Assembly: GCF_011386835.1 (NCBI RefSeq) | Contig: NC_088802.1 | Location: forward strand, 496,001 to 560,000 | Origin: Chrysemys picta bellii | Lineage: Eukaryota | Direction of reading: 5' to 3' | DNA length: 64,000 nt | Part shown: piece after piece, positions 57,165 through 64,000 of the stretch | How positions within the stretch are numbered: position 1 is the first letter of the stretch | Layout of the letters: every line of letters starts with the position of its first letter | Notes under the pieces: generated by a model | What the model was told of the DNA's origin: nothing | The model's database searches: none | Seen by the model: the letters and a program-made list of their open reading frames with translations, nothing else | Program-made: the position numbers and the translations under genes

Positions 57165-60100
57165 TTCCGGTTTGGGAGCAGTGGTGGAGACAAGGGGCCT
57201 GCGGTGTCAGCACAAGAGGCACAAGCGCAGGCCATCTTACAGCAAGCCCGGGTAAGTCCAGATGGAGACAGGGCAGGGAGAGTTGGGATGGGTCAGGGTA
57301 GGGGGTCCAAGGAGCCTGGAAAAGATCCTGGCTTATTTTCTTCCCTGGAGCCCTGATAAATTTGGTAATCGAGAACCCAGATACCAATGGGTTGTCACCT
57401 TTCTAGAGCCTCAGTGGGATCACAATTTATTACCTTTCTAGAACCATGTTAAGGGTCACTCTTTTATTGTTCTTTAAGATTCCATACCAAATAGTGGTCA
57501 GTGCCCTTCCAGAGCTTCCCCAAGGTCACAATTTACTGCCACTCTAGAACGGCAGGATAATGGTTTGTCACCTTTCTAGAATCTCAGCAGATCCGTTTCT
57601 TATCCTTCTAGGTTCATTTATAACCTTATGGTTAAGTAGCTCTTCAACAACATCTCAGTGTACTGCCCTTTAGAACCAGGACGAGATTACAATTGACTGC
57701 TCTCCTGGAACCACAGGGGTTACAATCTATGCCCACCTAGAACCCTTACAAGTGTCACAAAACATTTTACTGCATTTCTAGAACCCCAAGACTATCATGG
57801 ATCATTGCCTTAAGACTGTGATTTGATTTATCTTCCCTTCAAACCTCAAACCTTATTAACCCTCCCGAGTGCGGAGCAAATCACAATTTCCCCTGTTCTA
57901 GAACTCCAATGAGGCCCCAACTTGTCACCCCTCTAGAACCCTAATTCTAGGACCATGCTTGTCCCCTTCTAGAACCCTGCTGACATCACAATGTGCTTTT
58001 TCCTAAAACCCCAGTAAGTCTGTAGCTTCATTTCTAGAACATCGAGTGTCGCTGTTTTCCCTCCAGTCTATCGATGCTGATAAATTCATGTTTTATTCCC
58101 CTCTTAGATCCCCAACTGGGACCCCGTTCTTACCCCCCAAACCCCAGTAATTTTCTGGATCCCCATGTTTCCTGTTCAGCCCTGTTCTGGTCCCAACCCT
58201 TATTCCCTGCTTTGTTCTGTGTTTGGCTGGGATCCTGGCTTGCTGCAGTCTAATTCTCCTTCTCCTCTCTCCCCCCAGATGGCCCTGCGTGGCCCCCCAG
58301 GACCCATGGGATACACCGGCCGGCCTGGGCCCCTGGTAGGTACCTGCTCTGGGCCGGGGTTGGGAGGAGGCATCGCTTGATGGCTGGTGCTTTGGGGATG
58401 TGGGAGTGGGTGTCAGGGCTTAGGGGGACATGTCGGCTTGTCCCTGGGGTGGGACATGGAGTGCTGGAGTCACTAGGGCTTCATGTCCTTGTGTTTCCCA
58501 TGCTCTGGGCGTGTGGGGCTGTGGGGCTGGTGTCACTGGAATGTCACGTCCCCAGGTTCTATGGGTCCCAGTGCCCTGGGGTGTGGGGCGGGGGGCTGGT
58601 GTCACTGGAATGTCACGTCCCCAGTTCTGTGGGTCCCAGCACCCTGGGGTGTGGGGCAGGGGGTAGGCCAGGGGGCTGGTGTCACTGGAATGTCACGTCC
58701 ACGAGTTCTGTGGGTCCCAGCACCCTGGGGAGATTGTGGGGAGGATTGTGGCCCTGAGCCCATGTGCTGCCCCCATGTAACCCCCTCTGCTCTGCTGTCT
58801 CATTCCAGGGGCAGCCAGGGGGCTCCGGGCTGAAGGGGGAAGCCGGAGACTTCGGACCCCAGGTAACAGGCTTGGCCTTGGCAGGAGATCGGGGGGTTGG
58901 AGCCCAGCACGACCCCGACTCTGACCCCTGGCTCCTGCCCTGACCTCTTGCTCCAACCCATGGACATGACCCCTGTCACTGACCTCTGACCCCTTCACTC
59001 TAACCTCAGGAACCTGACCCCAGTCACTGACTTCTGACCCCTTCACCCTGACCTCTCTCTCCAGCCCATGACCCTGGTCTCTGAACCTGGCTCCCAATCA
59101 TTGGCCCCTGACCAGGGTGAATGACCCGTGACCCCCACCTCTGGTCTGTGACCCTAACTCACGATTAGTGGCCCCTGACCGTGATGTCTAACCCTTGACG
59201 CTGGCAAGTGACCTCTGACCCCTGGTTCAACGCTGGATTTTTTCTGGGCTGTTTGGATCACAGGCTCCTGTGACTTATAACCCTGACCCAGAGCCGGGGT
59301 CGCTGCCGCCCGCCCCTCTGTTTACCCTTTGTTACCGCTCTCTGCCACCCCACCCCTCATTAACCCCTCAGACACTAGGAAAGAACCCCCCCGTCTGACC
59401 CCATGAGCCTCGTCCCACCCTGGAGCCTAACCCTGATCTGACCCCCCAGAATCCCCATTAGCCCCTCGGACCCTGGAGAGCTCCCACCCCCATTTCTCCC
59501 TCTTGGGGGGGAGGGATAGCTCAGTGGTTTGAGCATTGGCCTGCTAAACCCAGGGTTGTGAGTTCAATCCTTGAGGGGGCCACTTAGGGATCTGGGGCAA
59601 AATCAGTACTTGGTCCTGCTAGTGAAGGCAGGGGGCTGGACTTGATGACCTTTCAAGGTCCCTTCCAGTTCTAGGAGATGGGATATCTCCATTTATTTAT
59701 TTATTCTCTCCCCCCCATGCTGCTTGTGGGGGAAGCTCTGCTCACCCTTTCCCTCCCTCTCTCTCTGTAGGGACCCCGCGGGCCGCAGGGCCTGTCTGGC
59801 CCCCCGGGGAAGCCTGGAAGGAGGGTAAGTGTGTGGATCCTGACGGGGATACCCCAGGGTGGGGGCAGTTCAGTGCCCAAAGAGCCTCCTCTAACCCCAT
59901 CTCTGTGTCTCTCTGGCAGGGTCGTGCTGGAGCCGATGGTGCTCGGGGGATGCCTGGGGAGCATGGTGTTAAGGTAACGGGTAATGGCTTCCGTGGACAA
60001 GGCACTGGGTGTGAGCTGGCCTCCTTGGGCTGGTGATCCACTAGGTCCCAGCACTGTAGATCCACAGATGATCCAGTAGGTCACTGCTCTGGTGACCCAC

Positions 60101-61915
60101 TGGACTGTAGCAGTGTTGATCCAGTAGGTTGCGTTGCTGGTAATCCACTAGGTCACTGCTCCTGCGAATCCACCAATAGTCCATGTGGTGAAGGCATTGA
60201 AGATCACTAGATCACCTGAGCTGGTTATCCACTGAGTGTGCATGAATCCGGGGGTAATCCACTCTTCTAGTAACTCACTCATTCAGCATGACGATCCATT
60301 AGCGATCTAGTCATTTGCTGTGTGAGTGATCCACTCAGTGTGTACATGAATCTCCTGGTAACCCACCCACGCAGCGTGGTGATCCTCGTGCACCAGAGAT
60401 CCACTCTAGCACGTTGGAGACCCACTAACTCAACCAGCGACCCTCCCGTTCTGTGTGGGAACATCACTGCTTCAGAACAGGGATCCCCGGGGGCCCACCC
60501 TCGTTCCCAGTGGGGATTTGCAGCCCACCTCCCGGGGATGGGGTGCCCTGGCTGGGAGGGGGTCCTGCAGGGGCGTCTCCCCAGCTGGGGCGTGCTGGCT
60601 CAGGGAGCTGTTCTGTGCTTCTCTCCGCAGGGCGACCGAGGCTTTGACGGGTTGCCGGGGCTGCCGGGGGACAAGGGGTACAGGGTGAGTCACGTTGGCC
60701 GGGTGCCTCGTGGTGGTGGTGCGGGGGGGACAGTCCTGGTGCACTGTTGGGATCTCCCTGAGAGATGGGGCCACCCCGCGGTCAGTTCTGGCCAGCCCAT
60801 GTGTGCGCTACACAATTGTGCACCCCCCTCTGAGCATTGATACACACACAACTGTACATCACACAGCTAGAGCCGCTGCCCCCCCTTCGCAGTCACACGC
60901 CGCCTACCAGCACACACAAGCGTATCTACACACACAGATATACACAGTCTAGTTCCAGCAGGGCTTGTTTCGGGGCAGACCGACGTCCGGAGCGACACAG
61001 GGGCAGCCGAGCCCTTCTGGCCTCAGAATCTACTCACAGTCTTACGCACCCTGTGCAACGCACACAGCCACAGCCACGCGGAACACTACACATGCACAAC
61101 CACGCACATCCCCACAGCCGTGTCACCACAAACACAGCGCACCGCGCAGTACATACACATCCTCCCACTTGTGCAGCCAGGTGTGTGCAATCACACAGTC
61201 ACATAGACACAACCACGCACACGCTAACGTTCTCCTAACTATCTGTGCACACACTCAGATACGCAACAATACACACAAAGCCACTGCATTCACACACAGC
61301 CCCACACACGTGCAGTAACACAAACATAGTACACACAGCACACCTGCAATTGTGCACATGCACACAACAACACAGCTGCACACAGTTCACAGCAGAACAC
61401 ATACACATCCGGCACATTTGCGATGCACCCCCCACCCTGCAATTACATACTCAGTCACACTCACCCCCACGGCACATGCAGCCGTGCCCCCATCACACAC
61501 ACAGCCACCCCTAAAGCCCCTGCGCATCCCACGTACACAACCCCCATGGCTCCCCACCCAGCTGATCCAAGGCTTTGTCGCCGCAGGGTGAGACGGGTTC
61601 CCAGGGCATCCCAGGCCCCCCTGGTGAGGACGGGCAGCGGGTGAGTAACTGCTCACTGGAGGGTCTGGGGGGTGGGAGGGAGACTGAGGGGAGCTGGGGT
61701 GGCTCCCTGGGGAGGGAGATGTGGGAGAGCTGAGGGGAATGGGGAGATGGAGGGGGCTGGAGGTGGGGGGAGCAGAGGGAGCTGGAATTGGGGAGCAGGG
61801 ATGGCCGGGGGGAGCTGAGCTCGCTCCCCCTCCCCGTTCTCTGCCTCACCCCCTTTTTCTTTTCCCCCAGGGAGACGATGGAGAGGTCGGCCCCAGAGGG
61901 CTCCCTGGAGAACCG
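57165..61915 (+). CDS. COL11A2: Collagen type XI alpha 2, eight internal exons (5' exons missing; gene continues off the right edge)
   Basis: Exons 57165-57251 ([29 protein letters not shown]), 58279-58335 ([19 protein letters not shown]), 58809-58862, 59771-59824, 59920-59973, 60631-60684, 61587-61640 (54 nt each) and 61871-61915 (45 nt), all phase-0 Gly-X-Y. GYTG and the MHC context favour COL11A2 over COL11A1/COL5A1. Confidence 0.93.
57390..58050. repeat. Degenerate ~34-bp AT-rich repeat with TTCTAGAA core
   Basis: About 8 exact TCTAGAA (57437, 57543, 57575, 57777, 57897, 57932, 57968, 58033) with recurring gtcacaattt. Confidence 0.7.
59509..59705 (+). mobile_element. Turtle tRNA-derived Pol III SINE with CR1-like 3' end
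   Basis: A box TAGCTCAGTGG 59517-59527, B box GTTCAATCC 59562-59570, CR1-type tail gatgacctttcaaggtcccttccagttct, (TTTA)n end. Confidence 0.9.
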
Positions 61916-62178
61916 GTACGTCCCCTCCCTGCCAGTCTGCCAGTGTGAGAGGGGGCAGCTCCCCAGTGTGGTGCGGAGGGATAATCGGGGCCCCATTTAC
62001 CCTGCTCCCCCCCTGGGATTTACTCCCCCTCCACTCCATGGAATTGGGCCCCACAATCCTCACTTTTCTGGCCCTGCCTGAGTCTGCAGAGGGCCTGAAA
62101 CCACTGCTCTGAGGGCAGGCAACTGCCCCAGCTGAGCCTTGATTCTCAACCCCTTGGCGCTCAGCTCTGTTGTTAACC

Positions 62179-62926
62179 CAGGGGTGGGCAAACTTTCTGG
62201 CCCGAGGGCCACATCTGGGTATGGAAATTGTATGGCGGGCCACGAATGCTCACAAAATTGGGGCTTGAGGTGTGGGAGGGGGTGAGGGCTCCGGCTGGGG
62301 GTGTGGGCTCTGGGGTGGAGCCAGAAATGAGGAGTTCAGGGTGCGGGCTCTGGGCTGGGGCAGGGGGTTGGGGTGCAGGAGGGGGTGAGGGCTCTGGTTG
62401 GGGGTGCAGACTCTGGGGTGGGGCTGGGGATGAGGGGTTTGGGGTGCAGGAGGGGGCTCCAGGCTGGGACCGAGGGGTTCGGAGGGCAGGAGGGGGATCA
62501 GGGCTGGGGCGCAGTGGGAGGCTCAGGGGTGCAGGCTCCGGGTGGCACTTACCTCAAGCAGCTCCCAGAAGCAGCGGCATGTCTCCCCTCCAGCTCCTAC
62601 GTGGAGGCGCGGCACCGGCCATGCGGCTCTGCGTGCTGCCCCGTCCGCAGGTGCCGCCCCCACAACTCCCATTGGCTGCGGTTCCCGGCCAATGGGAACT
62701 GCAGAGCTGATGTTTGGGGCAGGGGCAATATGAGGAACCCCCTGGCTGCCCCTACATGTAGGAGCTGGAGGGGGGCCTTGCCGCTGCGTCCGGGAGCCAC
62801 GCAGAGCCACGGCACACGCGGAGTGGGGCAAGCCTCCGACCCCGCTCCCCAACGGGAGCTTCAGGACTGGATTAAAAGGTCTGATGGATCGGACGTGGCC
62901 CGCGGGTCATATTTTGCCCACCCCTG
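62179..62926. mobile_element. hAT-type non-autonomous element (748 bp)
   Basis: TIRs CAGGGGTGGGCAAA / TTTGCCCACCCCTG; perfect TSD TGTTAACC. Confidence 0.92.
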
Positions 62927-63439
62927 TGTTAACCCCTCTCCATAAAATCACCATTAACCATTGAACCTACTGATGGCAAAATCAAAGCCCAACGTTAACT
63001 GCTTCACCCCCCTCACTTCAGCAGAAACAAGCCAGTTAATGGGTTACCCCCAAACCTCCATCTGCTCCCAGCTGTGTCCAAACTGCCCCCTCTTCTGTGC
63101 CCCCGGCACCCCTGGTATTGCCAGGACTGGACTCCTTGGTGCCCCAGGAGCTGGCAGTGTGGAGGGGACGAATTTGAAATTGGCAGGATTTAGCCAAGGG
63201 TTGGCACGGCGTGGAAGGGATCCACATTGGGGCCCTAGACTCCATTTGAAAATCCCAGCCTGGGTCCCTGAAGACGCCATTAGGGGTAGGCCAAAAACTG
63301 GGGGTGCTAGTGCCCTGCTGCTGGGGAGACGTGGGATGGGAATGCAGCCAGCTCTGGACAGGGGAGCGCCGACTAGTTCAGGGAACACTCTGACATATCG
63401 GTTTGGGAAATGGGTCCCAGGCAGGGGATTGGGGCTGGC

Positions 63440-64000
63440 ACTATGATTGGGCTAGGTGTTGGGATTGGGGCTGCCATTAGCATTAGGGTTGAGATCGGCT
63501 TTGGAATTGGTACTAGGGTTGGGGTTAGGGTTGGCATTAGGCTTAGTGTGGGAGTTGACATTGGGGTGGGGTGGAGTTGGCGTTGGGATTGCAGTTGGTA
63601 TTAGGGTTGGTTGGGACTGGAGTTGGTGTTAGAGTTGGTGTTGATGTTGGAGTTGGTGTTAGGGATAGTGTTGGTGATAGGGTTGGCACTGGGATTGGTG
63701 GTAGGATTGTTGTTGGTGTTAGAGTTGGGATTGGAGCTGGAGTTGGGATTAGGGTTGACGCTGGGATTGCAATAGGAGTTGGTGTTAGGGCAGGCGTTGG
63801 GGTTCGGAGTTGACGGAGTAGGCTTTGGCATTGGTGTTAGGATTGTGGTTGGAGTTAGGGTTGGGGTGGGTGTTGGAGTTGGTATTAGGGTTGGAGTTGG
63901 GATTGGAGTAGGCGTTGGCGTTAGGGTTGGCGTTGGGGTTCAGAGTTGGCATCGGAGTTGGCATTAGGATTGTGGTTGTTTTTAGGGTTGGGGTGGACGT
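63440..64000. repeat. Degenerate 6-bp periodic G/T-rich array with scattered TTAGGG
   Basis: Hexamer periodicity (gttggn/ggattg) with about 10 TTAGGG; runs off the window. Confidence 0.8.

Noticed and set aside
59509-59585. tRNA gene
   Set aside because: The tRNA-like head continues into a SINE body and CR1-type tail, and the acceptor and anticodon stems pair poorly.

Overview
GC-rich, repeat-dense vertebrate DNA, almost certainly from a cryptodire turtle (tortoise-type Pol III SINE, CR1, Penelope-like element, many hAT MITEs). It corresponds to the extended MHC class II region. Gene order, from exons assembled by hand: SYNGAP1 (minus; first three coding exons, the rest runs off the left edge, plus a candidate internal CpG-island first exon) - CUTA (plus, complete, 140 aa) - PHF1 (minus, 14 coding exons) - KIFC1 (plus, complete, 16 coding exons, 646 aa) - 500-N scaffold gap - COL11A2 (plus, 8 internal exons). 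Main oddities: PHF1 carries four single-base indels (+1, -1, +1, -1) while all neighbouring exons are clean, and the first pair compensates across an intron and rewrites the Tudor domain; KIFC1 is head-to-head with PHF1 instead of tandem as in human; a nested LTR > Penelope > CR1/hAT stack contains a hammerhead-ribozyme motif and a permuted CR1; five perfect octamer motifs cluster in SYNGAP1 intron 1; a tandem array of tRNA-like 75-mers sits in a CUTA intron. No CRISPR array, rRNA or true tRNA gene was found, and most long ORFs in the track are minisatellite artefacts. I cannot support a wholly new biological system. The findings are candidates to test, and the PHF1 lesions may be assembly errors.
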